From an uncultured cyanobacterium (GTDB lineage Bacteria; Cyanobacteriota; Cyanobacteriia; Cyanobacteriales; Cyanobacteriaceae): a stretch of 64,000 nt of DNA. The position numbers and the translations under genes are program-made. Position 1 is the stretch's first letter. Every line of letters begins with the position of its first letter. Positions 1 to 11,600 of this stretch are shown here, one piece after another. The notes below the pieces were generated by a model, which had not been told where the DNA came from, searched no databases, and worked only from the letters and a program-made list of their open reading frames with translations. The DNA lies in assembly GCA_963710605.1 (NCBI GenBank), contig CAVQBA010000001.1, positions 160,001 to 224,000 on the forward strand, read 5' to 3'.

Positions 1-128
1 TCTAATTCTTCGTATATTTCCTTATAATCAGGATTATTAAGGGTTTTTTCTATCCAATCTATTTTAATTTGTGATCTACCAAATTTTTTAAATTGTTGGT
101 CAGCGTGGTTAGTAAAATTATAATCCAA
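1..128 (-). CDS. DUF4258/BrnT-like small protein, 5' part (runs off window)
   Basis: Manual translation from TTG at 128: MDYNFTNHADQQFKKFGRSQIKIDWIEKTLNNPD; FTxHA...W.E.TL.NPD pattern; AGAGGT RBS upstream. Confidence 0.45.
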   Translation of the reverse strand, partial: MDYNFTNHADQQFKKFGRSQIKIDWIEKTLNNPDYKEIYEEL

Positions 129-323
129 TTAAATGTACCTCTATTTTAATAAATCTTTTGTAAAATAAGCATAAATTGTGAGTCTGAGGTGAATATTTTG
201 TTTAGTAAAAAAACAATAATATATTTCAAGAAGAGTTTGGAAGTAATCTTGCTTAAATCATTTTGTATTTTATATAATGTTTAGCTACTTGATATAATAC
301 GGTGGATAAAATCGCTTAAAAGT

Positions 324-615
324 CAATTTATGTTTTCATAGATTGTTGATTCTTCTCCTATTATTTGTTCAGGTTTAAACTTTTCTAACACTCTACTTTT
401 TATTCTTTCTAAGTCTTCCATCTTTTTAGGTTTATCTAAAGGACAATCGTTTTCAATCCATTGTTCAATAAATCTCCTTTACTCAGATTAGTAAAATCTT
501 GGATTTGCTCTAATTTGCACTTATTAGTTTTTTTTAGCCTAACACTAAGATTTTCGTCTCTTTTTTTGGAAGAACTAGAAATAAATCTTCCATTTTTATC
601 TCTTGTTTTCGTCAT
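324..615 (-). CDS. Possible small RHH/CopG-like DNA-binding protein, split by a 1-nt indel near 470
   Basis: Manual translation MTKTRDKNGRF...LSVRLKKTNKCKLEQIQDFTNLSKGD, continuing in another frame as IEQWIEND... Confidence 0.3.
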
Positions 616-686
616 AAAATTTAAGTAGTAATTTAATGTTTATTTACCAGACAAAAACCCACTATGTTTGACATAGTGGATTAACT

Positions 687-1445
687 TTAGAATGGAGCGT
701 CTATTATTTGATATATCTTTTGAGATCGTTGTAAGGCAATCTCAAAATTATGAATAAATATATCTTTTGTCTCACTAGCTTTGATAGCATTACTAGTAAT
801 TTGATTAGCAATTGTTAATCTTATCAACTCAGAATAAGAACAATTACGTCTCCAATCTTTACTTTTTTCTCTACGTTTATCAGCATCAGAAACTACTAAA
901 GATGAAATTTGGCGATTAAGATTACAAAGCTGAGTAACTCCATATCCTCGATCGAATGTCGAATCTTCCATTTCATGATACGAACTTTGATACGAAGCTC
1001 TAACATTGAGCCTATTTTTAGGAATTAAATCTTGTTGTAAATCATCAGGAGTTATTTGATAATTCTCTACAACTCGATCGACAGATTTTTGGACAATCGT
1101 GGCAAATCCTGCTTTATAGATTGATATAGGAACGAGATATTTCTCATTCTTAACCAGATAACTAATCAATAAAACTAGATCGGATTGAGTTAATGCGTGA
1201 ATAGCATTCGAGCCAATTCCTGTTGTTGTTTTTATCCAGGTGAAGGTAGTAGTACGACAAAACAATCTAAAAGAATTAGAAGCCAAAATCTTATTTAGGG
1301 AAGATTCGGAAATATCTAGAGCTTTAGCAATACCAACATTACTAAATATAACCTGATTCTTGTCATTAGAATTATAAAAAGCCTCAAAGCAAACACCGTT
1401 AATTGTAATTCCATTAGGAATTAACTTCAATATTTTCTGATCCAT
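687..1445 (-). CDS. Hypothetical protein, possibly a phage/plasmid-type DNA-binding protein
   Basis: 252-aa ORF; HTH-like segment SNVGIAKALDISESSLNKIL; family not recognised. Confidence 0.5.
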   Translation of the reverse strand: MDQKILKLIPNGITINGVCFEAFYNSNDKNQVIFSNVGIAKALDISESSLNKILASNSFRLFCRTTTFTWIKTTTGIGSNAIHALTQSDLVLLISYLVKNEKYLVPISIYKAGFATIVQKSVDRVVENYQITPDDLQQDLIPKNRLNVRASYQSSYHEMEDSTFDRGYGVTQLCNLNRQISSLVVSDADKRREKSKDWRRNCSYSELIRLTIANQITSNAIKASETKDIFIHNFEIALQRSQKIYQIIDAPF

Positions 1446-2433
1446 TAATTAGCCCTCTGTTTTTTCTTTGACATCTAAAGAATCAACCATCTGCATAACA
1501 TCAGAAAGATCGGTATTAGAATGAGATTTTTCGTCCAGTCTTGCTTTCAAATCATCTATTTCTTCTTGCATAGAAGAAATTTGCTGAGTCAATTTAACAA
1601 AAAGTACTCTGACTTGATCCTCAAAAGTTTTAGGAGCATTATCAAAAGTTAAAGGTAATTGCCCATTTTGAATCTGTTATCTCCTCAAAAAGCTCAGGAG
1701 TTGCTTTAGCTTTCATTTTCAAAAAAAGAACGCACTTTGTTGACATAAACGTTAGTAAGTTTAAATAAAGAGGTTGGATTAACATGGTTTTTAGTAGAAT
1801 CTAAAATTCCTTTATCTATTAAACCTAAATCCACTAACTCATTTATGTTAAGTCCGATTGTCGATCGATGAAGATACAAAGATTCAGACAAATCTAATGT
1901 TTTAAGTCTGTTGGGATACTCTTTGCCAAAATAGTTAAAATTTTGATTTGAGTGTCGTTGGAAACAAAAATTGTTGGATTTTGTTCTTTAAGGGAATTAT
2001 CTAGAATGAAGATGGTTGATTACTTTTAGATAATTTTTCATCTAAATCAACAAAGTCGTACCTTGACTCCCTACAGAGGTGTTGTTTATCATAAATTTAT
2101 AACTGAAATTGTTTATTAGGAAGAACTACTCTTTTCTTCGGCAAAAGAAAATATTAGGTAGTTCTTTGTTACTTCGACTAGTATAACTGTATTTTTATCT
2201 ATTGACAACCCTTGAAAACACTAGCTAGTGAGATATCCATGTCGTGCAAGGTTTTTTTATGATATTAAATATCAAGCGTAATACAAATACTAATTTCGTT
2301 GATAGTTAATGACGTATAATCTCGGATAAATTTTTTAATCTAATCGACTTTTGCTATTACAATAGAAGCAAAAAAAACTGCCTACCTTATCAGTTATTGA
2401 CAAGATAGGCAATTATTAATTATTGATTATTGA

Positions 2434-3924
2434 TTATTCATCGACATCGTGACTAAGATTTTTGAATAATTCTAAAAGACGATTGCCCCAATACTTAACA
2501 TCGTATTTAGTGACAATATCATACATTTTAGTCATAGTTTCTTTTTGTTCTTCTGCGGGCATATCTAAAGCCTTATCGATCGCTTTATCCATTAAATCAC
2601 TAGAATAAGGATTAGTCCGAATCGCATCAGGTAATTCAACCGCCGCCCCAACAAACTCCGAAAGAATTAAAGTACCATCATTACCCCCATGAGTCACAAT
2701 ATATTCTTTAGCTACTAAATTTAAACCATCTCTTAAAGGAGTTGTCCAACAAACATCAGCCGCTTTATAATAACAAAGTAAATCAGTAAAACTAAAAGCC
2801 TTAGTAAATAATAAAACAGGTGTCCATTCTAAAGTAGCGTGCTTACCGTTAATTTGCCCAGCTAACTGTTCAATTTGGTTTTGAGCATCTTCATAGATTC
2901 TCATCCCCGTTGCCGCAGAGACACAACTGACAATAAAATGTACCTTACCTTTCAATTCAGGGCGACGCTTTAACAAACGCTCAAAAGTCTCCAGCATCTC
3001 TTTATTACCCTTAACGTAATCAACTCTACCAGCGGCGATAATAAGTTTTTTCCCTGCCAACTCGTCCTTAATTTGTTGGTATCTTTCTTCAGATTCAGGT
3101 TTTTTCAACACTGAAAGTAAATATTCAGGATTAGTACCTACAGGAAAAGCATCCATTCTCACTGTTTGCCCTTTATACTTAACTTTAGTTACCATTTCAG
3201 GCTCAGCTAAAGCAGTACCAGTTGGGCATAAATGTCCTTCCACTTTTTTGGTTTCTACCACCTCAATCGGTAAAAGACTACGTGCCACATTAACAAAATT
3301 TTCTGAATAACGAGGAATATGGAAACCGACTACATCGCAACAAAGTAAGCTTTCGGCAATCTCTTTACGCCAAGGCAAAATATTGAAAATATCAACAGAA
3401 GGAAAAGGAGTATGGTGAAAAAACGCTATCTTCGCATCAGGTTTAATTTGCCTAATAAAATAAGGTGCTAACCACAAATTATAATCATGAATCCAAATCA
3501 AGGCATCATCAGCCGCCTCCGCACAAGCCGCCTCGGCAAAAAGTCTATTTACATCCTTAAAATTATCCCAGTCAGAAGATTCGTAAGTAAAGTGGTAAGG
3601 AAAAGAATGGAGAATGGGCGAAATAGCTTCTTTAGAGGTAATATGATAGAAGTTTTTAACTTGTTTTTTATTTAAAGGAATACGTAAAACAGAGTAGTTA
3701 GAATCTTCTTCTTGAACATCAACTCTTTCTTGAAAACTTTCTTGCTCGTTATTAGCGATTTGTTTCCACGCTACCCAAGTACCTTTTTCTGCATAAGCAA
3801 AGAAACTCCTAAGAGTTGGTACAATACCGTTCGGGCTTTTTTTCTGAACATACACTGTCTTACCGTCTTTAATTGCCTCATCATAAGGTTGACGGTGATA
3901 AAGAATGACTAAAGATGATTTCAT
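2434..3924 (-). CDS. ggpS: Glucosylglycerol-phosphate synthase (GT20)
   Basis: MKSSLVILYHRQPYDE N-terminus (start ATG 3924), WIHDYNLWL, FFHHTPFP, RVDYVKG, RDGLNLVAKEY. Confidence 0.92.
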   Translation of the reverse strand: MKSSLVILYHRQPYDEAIKDGKTVYVQKKSPNGIVPTLRSFFAYAEKGTWVAWKQIANNEQESFQERVDVQEEDSNYSVLRIPLNKKQVKNFYHITSKEAISPILHSFPYHFTYESSDWDNFKDVNRLFAEAACAEAADDALIWIHDYNLWLAPYFIRQIKPDAKIAFFHHTPFPSVDIFNILPWRKEIAESLLCCDVVGFHIPRYSENFVNVARSLLPIEVVETKKVEGHLCPTGTALAEPEMVTKVKYKGQTVRMDAFPVGTNPEYLLSVLKKPESEERYQQIKDELAGKKLIIAAGRVDYVKGNKEMLETFERLLKRRPELKGKVHFIVSCVSAATGMRIYEDAQNQIEQLAGQINGKHATLEWTPVLLFTKAFSFTDLLCYYKAADVCWTTPLRDGLNLVAKEYIVTHGGNDGTLILSEFVGAAVELPDAIRTNPYSSDLMDKAIDKALDMPAEEQKETMTKMYDIVTKYDVKYWGNRLLELFKNLSHDVDE

Positions 3925-4313
3925 GGATAGATTTTGTGAATTAAATAAGTTTGCAGTTATAAATTGCCTTAACAATTAATAATCAAGCTTAATGATTTTG
4001 TTAAAATTTTGACCTGTAAGATGCTAGAACTATTTTTACGTCTCAAGGAAGAGGTTAAATTCTTCTGTTTTTGATACCTAAATAAGTCCTAGATAATTAG
4101 TCAACTTTTATACTTAAATTTTGATTATTATGTTTTTTATCAACACCTAATAACTAGATATTTTATGTCAATCTTATCATAGGGTTGAAATAAAATTTCA
4201 TTTATAATTCTTAGCGATAAGAATAATCAAGAAAAAATTAGCTAGAAGAATACTTGATAAAGGATTCTACCACAAACTTAAAGGTGCTATTATCTATAAT
4301 AAATTGACAATTG

Positions 4314-4348
4314 ACTCTTAACTTTTAACTTTTAACTTTTAACTTTAC
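4314..4348. repeat. Heptamer tandem repeat (TAACTTT/TAACTCT)
   Basis: About 5 units immediately after the dnaG stop. Confidence 0.85.
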
Positions 4349-6268
4349 TTACTCCATTCTTAACTGTGCTAGTTGTTTTAGTTTTGTTTTGATTTCGAGT
4401 ATTTCTTGATAATAACTATTGATTTTACTTCTATCTTCTTGTCGATTTAATTGACTAATTTGTTGCTTGTAATATTGTTCGTATATTTCCAGATTTACAG
4501 CTTCTAGACAAGCGATTGCTGAGGTTATATAATGACTTGGATTAATCGTAATTGGTCGATTGTTTTCTTGTAAATTAAATAAATGATTGAGCTGATGATT
4601 ATATTCTGGATAACTAACCATATTTTCTTGCAAAATTCGTAATAGATAATTATCATTATCTTGCTCGGCTGAAGGTAAAGAAGTTTGATGAATTTGTTGC
4701 CATAAAAAACGATGATGAGCTAAACTAAAAACCAAATCTTTTTCTTCTAATAAATTGACAATATTTTCTCTTTCTAGAAGACAATGAAGATAAATTACGA
4801 GCAAAATAAATTCTGCTCGATTGATTTTCTTATTATTAGTTGGAGCAAATTTATCTATTTTTTTAGTCGATTTTTTAGATTGATATTTATGACTACGTTT
4901 AGTGGCTAACTGTAAGCTTTGATATATATTCTTTAACTCTTGAGAATTAAATCCTGAAAACTGATTTTTTTTCTGACTTAATACTTCAGCACAATGAGAT
5001 AAATAATAATTTTTAGTAGCATCATTACTAATTTTATTAATTAATTGAACTAAACTTTGAAAAGCTAATTCAAAATCAGCACTATTACTTAAATCGTAAT
5101 TATTAATTGATTCTTCTATTTGCCAATCTAACCATAAAGGAGCATTATTTATTAACTCTTGATATTGCTTAATAGCGTCATCACCTGATTGCAAAAATTC
5201 ATCAGCATCTTTACCATTAGGAATATTTAAAACTTTTAATTTTACTTGTCCATTATAAACTAAATTCTCTACTTCTTTAATTGCTCTTTTAGTTGCCTTT
5301 AAACCAGCTTTATCAGCATCGAAATTAAGAATTATTTGTTTTGATTCTGTATAACGAGACAGTTGATTAATATGTTGTTTAGTTAAAGCTGTACCTAGCA
5401 CTGCTACTACATTTTCAATTCCAACTAAGTGCAAAGCGATCGCATCAAAATAACCTTCAACAACAATAACTCGATCGTGTTTAACAATATTTTTACTAGC
5501 AAAATCTAAAGCAAATAAAGTTTTACTTTTAGAAAATAATTCAGTTTCAGGAGAGTTTAAATATTTAGGTTCATTACCATCTAAACTTCTCGCCCCAAAG
5601 GCAATAACTCGACCTTTTTCATCACGAATAGGAATCATTAAACGGTTACGAAAATAGTCGATATAACCTTCACCTCTATTTTTCTTTTTAATTAATCCTG
5701 CTTGTTCAACTAATAATAAAGAAAAGCCTTTTTTTTCGACTAAATAATGATATAGTGTATCCCAACCATCAGGAGCATAACCAAGTGCAAATCGATCGAT
5801 ATTTGCACTAGTTAAATGGCGATCTTTTCGTAGGTAATCTAAAGCAATTTTGCCTTCTGCATTTCTCAAACTATATTGATAAAAATTAGCCGTAACTTCT
5901 AAAATTTCGTAGAGTTTTTCTCTCAAAGACATTTGCCTTTGAATTTCTTCTTGTTGCTCGACTCCTAATGTTTTAATCGGAATTTGATAACGTTGGGCTA
6001 AATCAAAAGTTACTTGCCGAAAAGATTGTTTGCCAATCTCCATCATAAATTTGATTGCCCCACCACCTTCACCACAACCAAAACAGTAATATACTTGCTT
6101 AACAGGATTAACAGTAAAACTGGGAGTTTTCTCGTCGTGGAAGGGGCATAAACCGCTAAATTCACGCCCTTTCTTTTGCAAGACGACGTAATCTGATACT
6201 ACTTCTACTAAATCTACTCTATCTTTAACTTCGGCGATCGTATCTGGATGTAGATTAATATTTTCCAC
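4349..6268 (-). CDS. dnaG: DNA primase
   Basis: CPFHDEKTPSF zinc finger, KYLNSPET, VVEGYFD and DADKAG TOPRIM motifs. Confidence 0.97.
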   Translation of the reverse strand: MENINLHPDTIAEVKDRVDLVEVVSDYVVLQKKGREFSGLCPFHDEKTPSFTVNPVKQVYYCFGCGEGGGAIKFMMEIGKQSFRQVTFDLAQRYQIPIKTLGVEQQEEIQRQMSLREKLYEILEVTANFYQYSLRNAEGKIALDYLRKDRHLTSANIDRFALGYAPDGWDTLYHYLVEKKGFSLLLVEQAGLIKKKNRGEGYIDYFRNRLMIPIRDEKGRVIAFGARSLDGNEPKYLNSPETELFSKSKTLFALDFASKNIVKHDRVIVVEGYFDAIALHLVGIENVVAVLGTALTKQHINQLSRYTESKQIILNFDADKAGLKATKRAIKEVENLVYNGQVKLKVLNIPNGKDADEFLQSGDDAIKQYQELINNAPLWLDWQIEESINNYDLSNSADFELAFQSLVQLINKISNDATKNYYLSHCAEVLSQKKNQFSGFNSQELKNIYQSLQLATKRSHKYQSKKSTKKIDKFAPTNNKKINRAEFILLVIYLHCLLERENIVNLLEEKDLVFSLAHHRFLWQQIHQTSLPSAEQDNDNYLLRILQENMVSYPEYNHQLNHLFNLQENNRPITINPSHYITSAIACLEAVNLEIYEQYYKQQISQLNRQEDRSKINSYYQEILEIKTKLKQLAQLRME

Positions 6269-6339
6269 GGTGACATAGTATGAGTGAACTGATAATCAAA
6301 TTTTAACACTCACGATCGATCGTAATTCACAATCAACAA

Positions 6340-7201
6340 TTAATTTTCTATTTTCAATCCATATAATTTTGCCATTTTCCTAACTTCCTCAACCATTTTT
6401 TCTCTGACATTATCGGGAGAAATAATTTCACAGTTTTTACCGTAGGGTATCACTTCCCTGATTAACCAAAAAGGATTACTGACTTTTCTGATTACTTGAC
6501 GTATATCTCCTATCTCTTCGTTACTCATATCTTGGTCTTTTGCTTCGTAGGCTTTTACCATCCCACCATAAAAGTGTAAATACACTTTACAGAAGCCTAA
6601 TCCTTCTTTTCGCCATTTACTTTGTAATTTTTCAACACTTTTAATTCGATCGAGTCTCAAACAGCGATTATGAATAAGTTCTGGATAATCAGTATTTTTA
6701 ATATCTTCTGTTTCTTCACACCAAATGTTTAAGTAAGTACGCTTTTCTTGTCTTTTTATCTGGGCATACCTCACGGTATAAAGTAGTTTTTCTTCTTGAG
6801 CGTTTTCATAAGTTAAGCAAAAACATTGCTTTTGCTCAATATATTGTTCTAATTGCGATCGCCAACCGATTGCTGGTTGCTCAATGATACTTTGTAAAGA
6901 TAAAGCCATCGGGTTTTCTAAGTCACCATTGTTCAAAAGCAGATTAACTAGGGTTTTTGCTTCTTCAATCTCATCACGATTCGATCGAATTTTTAACTGA
7001 TTTTTCCAGTGCTTCTACTTGTTGTGGATTGAGTCTAAATAGTTTTTTAATTGTCGTAGAATCTGAAGCGATCGCTGTTATCAACCCAGAAATAGAAGGA
7101 CGATCGCCCCATGTAATATCTAATTCATCAGCTATTTTCTCTAATTTTTCTTTTGTCCCCGATGGTATTGACAAAGTAATTGTTTCTTTTTTTCTACCCA
7201 T
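6340..7201 (-). CDS. CRISPR-associated WYL-domain transcriptional regulator with N-terminal RHH-like domain (frameshift near 6975)
   Basis: Joined ORFs 6974-7201 (MGRKKETITLSIP) and 6340-6936 (YLNIWCEET, NRCLRLDRI, FWLIREV); divergent from the cas operon as in cyanobacterial I-D loci. Confidence 0.85.
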
Positions 7202-7213
7202 ACAAAAAATGTA

Positions 7214-7254
7214 TTGACATTTATAGTTTTTTTGTTATCATAGCAATATGATAA
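7214..7254 (+). promoter_or_regulatory. Probable cas-operon promoter with overlapping palindromic operator
   Basis: TTGACA 7214-7219, TATCAT 7236-7241; perfect inverted repeat TTATCATA-N4-TATGATAA 7235-7254. Confidence 0.6.
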
Positions 7255-7299
7255 TTACAATTATATCATTTTGATAAGACGATAAGTAAAGTAAACATT

Positions 7300-7506
7300 A
7301 TGACCTTAGCTGATTTACTGCCATCAATTAAACAATTAAAATCCGCAGAAAAAATTAAATTGATTCGGATTTTAGCGGAAGATTTGGAAATGGATAAAAA
7401 TATTGAGCCTTTAAAAACTAATCACACTTACAACTTAGCAACTCCTTATAACAGTTATAGTGCGGCTGAGATATTAATGGAAACTCTCAATCAAGCAAAA
7501 GAGTAA
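7300..7506 (+). CDS. Small hypothetical protein (antitoxin-like), partner of the downstream protease
   Basis: 68 aa, MTLADLLPSIKQLKSAEKIKLIRILAEDL. Confidence 0.65.
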   Translation: MTLADLLPSIKQLKSAEKIKLIRILAEDLEMDKNIEPLKTNHTYNLATPYNSYSAAEILMETLNQAKE

Positions 7507-7511
7507 ATGAA

Positions 7512-7919
7512 ATGCGTTTTAAATATTCAACAATCAATTCATCTCAAAACGAATTAGATAGTCTTCCTCGTCTTCCTATCACTTTAACTTATGAAAATAG
7601 AAGTATTGAGCTTTTAGGTTTAGTTGACAGTGGTGCAACAGTGAATGTCTTACCTTACGAAATCGGTATTGATTTAGGTGCTTTTTGGGATGACAGTCAA
7701 AGAATTATTAGTTTGTCAGGCAATTTAGGTAATCAACCAGCTATTCCTTTTATTGCTACTGCAAAGATTGCTGATTTTACTTCTGTAAGATTAGTTTTTG
7801 CTTGGACAAAAACAACTAATGCACCTTTGATTTTAGGGCAAACTAATTTTTTTTATGAATTTGATGTTTGTTTTTATCAATCGAAATTTGAGTTTGAAGT
7901 GAAACCAAAAACAAATTAG
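7512..7919 (+). CDS. Retropepsin-like aspartyl protease
   Basis: LVDSGATVNVLP catalytic motif and ILGQTNFF motif. Confidence 0.85.
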   Translation: MRFKYSTINSSQNELDSLPRLPITLTYENRSIELLGLVDSGATVNVLPYEIGIDLGAFWDDSQRIISLSGNLGNQPAIPFIATAKIADFTSVRLVFAWTKTTNAPLILGQTNFFYEFDVCFYQSKFEFEVKPKTN

Positions 7920-8114
7920 GAAAAGATTGAAAGATGAAATTAATGATTTTCTAAAAGAAAACAGGGAATTGATAGCATGATTGACATCAAGCGAAAACTA
8001 AGGAAAGACGGCTTTCCGATGTGGGAATATTCTAATAATAGTTGATTGTCGATCGAATTTTAAATTTGAAGTAACACCAATAACAGAATAAGTAAATTAA
8101 TTAAGGAGATTTCA

Positions 8115-8306
8115 GTGATGAAAAAAACACTTCCCATCGTGATGGTGAAATTAATGTCTGATGGTAATTGGCATTCAACAGATGAGTTAGTAGAAAAAAT
8201 TAGTCATCGTTTTTCGGCAACTAAACATATTTTGAAAAAACAAGGTTATCGATTTGAATCTCGTCGAATTGAAGGGAATAAATGTGAGTATCGTTTAGTA
8301 GTTTAA
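8115..8306 (+). CDS. Small winged-helix-like protein
   Basis: 63 aa, LMSDGNWHSTDEL...LKKQGYRFE; AAGGAG RBS. Confidence 0.6.
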   Translation: MMKKTLPIVMVKLMSDGNWHSTDELVEKISHRFSATKHILKKQGYRFESRRIEGNKCEYRLVV

Positions 8307-8350
8307 ATTTTTAAAATTAAGCCAAAATCTTAGTAAAGGAGGAAAAAATT

Positions 8351-8641
8351 ATGAATCTTGAATTACTTAAACAAAAACGAGCAGAAATTATTAATATTGC
8401 CAAAAAGCATGGTGCGTATAATATACGAGTATTTGGTTCGGTTGCCAGAGGCGAAGCCGATGAAAAAAGCGACATTGATTTTCTGATTGATTATGACATC
8501 GATAAAATTACCCCTTGGTTTCCTGTGGGGTTAATTCATGACTTGCAGGATTTCTTAGGTGAAAAAGTCGATGTTGTTACAGCCGATGGTTTAAAAGAAA
8601 GAATCAAACCAAGAGTTTTACAGGAGGCGATTACATTATGA
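8351..8641 (+). CDS. Minimal nucleotidyltransferase (MNT) antitoxin family
   Basis: VFGSVARGEADEKSDIDFL and KVDVVT motifs. Confidence 0.92.
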   Translation: MNLELLKQKRAEIINIAKKHGAYNIRVFGSVARGEADEKSDIDFLIDYDIDKITPWFPVGLIHDLQDFLGEKVDVVTADGLKERIKPRVLQEAITL

Positions 8642-11600
8642 CTAAACCAGACATTCAAAATATATTAAACGAATATATAGAGATTGTGATTCCAGCAATG
8701 TATGAGCAAAAATACCATCTAATATTAGCAAAAGGTGGTATTGATTATCCTTATCTGTGTGAGCAATCACATTTGAAACATAGTTTAAATGGTATTTTCG
8801 GTTTAATTGAAATACTTAAATTTATTCAATTAGAGAATCTTTTTGTTTATGGATTAAATGAGTCAATCATTCGTAAGGCTTTAGCATTGATTACTATTCA
8901 TGATGAGCACAAATTTAAAGATTATGAAAAAATTGGAAATTCAGAATTTGCAATTCCTTTAGAAAGACTTGAAAAAAAATATAAAACACTTAATTTAATT
9001 GATTTTGCAGGTGGATTGAATCCTCACATAATACGACATGGTAATGTCAGCAAAAGAAGTTCACATCACGGAGATTTATTATCTTCTGATGAAGAGCATG
9101 GAAGTTTACTGTGGTTATTAGTAAGAGTTGGAGATACTATTGCATCTGTTACCAGTGCTTCTGAAGCTGTAGTTTCATTAAGAAATTATTTAAGTGACTT
9201 AATTCCTGATTTTGCTAAAAAATATCAACTTTATTATCACGATTTGGGTGATATTCGGGGAGTTTTAACTAATTTAATTCATAGTACAGTAACTCAATAT
9301 TTAAGAAAACAATTTGGGTTTCAAGATATTGTTTATTTTGCAACAGGAACTCTTTATATAGGTAAAAAAGAAATTAATAATTTTGTAAGGAAATATTTTA
9401 TTGATAATCTTGTTAAAAATATTATTGATAATTTACAACCTTCAACAGAAATGGCTAAATCTGTTGCTAAAGATGGTGTAAGAGAAAAAAATTACGATTT
9501 TCAAGATTATATTTACAAATTATCTACTATCGAACTTTTACTAGAAATAATTTTAGAAACAACACAGACTATAAACAAACCTGATGGGAAAACTATAAAT
9601 AAAGATGTTCAAGCTATTGCTAAGAAAAAAACTACTCCTAATGGATGGTTAGATTCTTTTGAAGATAAATATAATGTATCATTAAATGAATCTGAAGATT
9701 TTCATAAAAGATGGTTTTTAGTAAGACGTTATTTATTATATGTTGACAATCTTTTAAAAGTACTTGTACCTGATTTAGATCAAGTTAGTTGGTTTTGTGA
9801 ATTATTTGAAATTTATCCTAATATAAAATTTAATATACAGGAAGAAAAACAATTATTTGCTAGTGGTGGTTTAGGTAAATATGTAATTATTTATGGTTAT
9901 CATTTTTTAAACGGCGTTGATTTTAAAAATAGATCAGCAGAATCTTGTGATTTTCCTAGAGTAATAGAATTACTTAATCAACGTATTGCTAATGCTGTTA
10001 GTAAAATTGATGATCGGGCTGGAAAAAACAAAATCATAGAAAAATTAGGTTTTAGAGAAGAACTAGGGAATTATTTGCAAGAAAATTTACTTTTATCTTT
10101 TTCCTCTAAAGTAAATTTAAGTGATGATTCATTTTCTGATTATGCTATCACTAAGAAAAAAGGACATTCAAATCAATTATGTTCTATTTGTAATCGAAAT
10201 AGTAAATATACCCAACCATTAAGAACAGGTATTTTAGGCGATTCAGGACAAAGTTTTTCCAATCGAGTTTTACCAGCTAAAAAAGTTCCTAATAATTTAC
10301 GTCCTTGGTGTCCAATTTGTCACTTAGAGTTTATTTTACGAAAAATCACAGGTTTGTCTTTACCTAAAGGTGCAGATTACAACAAATCTCGTCGCATCCA
10401 TCTTTATGTTTTGCCAACATTCTCTTTTACAGCAGAATCTATCAAGTTAATTGGCAGAGTATTAAAACCATTACAGGAAATTTCAGCCTTGCCCATCAGA
10501 GATTTTGGAGAAGAATCCCCGGATTACCTAATTTTTGGCTTAAAAATAGAAGTCTTGATCCTGAATGGATTGAGACGGTTATTGATGTATTTAATCGTGA
10601 AGCCCAAAGAATTGCTGAAAAACCTAATTATGTAGGAGAAAGATTACTTGCAACTCAAAATAATTTTAATCAAGAAGATGAAAATAATAAAGATGAAAAC
10701 AAAGCAAAACCACAACCTCATTATTATTTAATTCCTTGGGAGCGTTCAGTTTATGAAAGCGATAAAGATGATGCTAACATTCCCACTCGCACTGAAGCAT
10801 GGGCTAAGGCAACTTTTGCTGGTGTGATCATTTCTAGCTTAACCAGTAGTCGGGTTTATGTGACAGAACAACCATATTTATTTGTTGCCAATGCTTCTGA
10901 GTTAAAAGCCACTGTCACTCTTGATTCTCCACCACCGATTATTACTAAATTATTAGGTAGTGAACAAGACTCAAAACTTTGTAATCGTCCTGATACTATT
11001 AGTCTTTATGGAATGGAAAAGGGTTATAAAAGTGGCTTAGAGAGGGCATTAGATTTGTGTTCAGCTTTGTGGATGATTACCAGTAGTGTCCATCGTTCTA
11101 ACTCTCAAACTAAGGATAAACAGATAGCTCAAAGATTAGGCGACTTGCTAGTTAATCCCTTAGCCGGAGCTCATTTTTATAAAGAGTATGGGCGTTTAAA
11201 TGAGGATAAATCCCCATTTCTTTTACTTACTCAAGCTTGTGCAATTCTTTTAGAATATTTTGGAGGTGACTTAATGAATTTAGTGACAAAAAATTGCCGA
11301 GAAATCGTTACAAATTCGTCTTCCTTTTCGTGAATATGGAAGGGGAAAAGCTCATAATTATGAGTTAGTTTTACGAGAATCTGTTGATGCTATTCGAGGG
11401 GCTTTTCGGTTAATTTCTGAATTACGTCAAACAGCATTAACGGGTCAAATTCCTCCTGATGAAGCAATTACAGAGTTGAAAATCAAGCATCGGGAACGCT
11501 TCTAAAGGTATGGAAACACCGAAAAGCTACTAAACGAGGTGATGGTGTCATTAATCCTGAAGGCAAAGATTTAGGCGATTTAGTCGGAGAATTTATTGAT

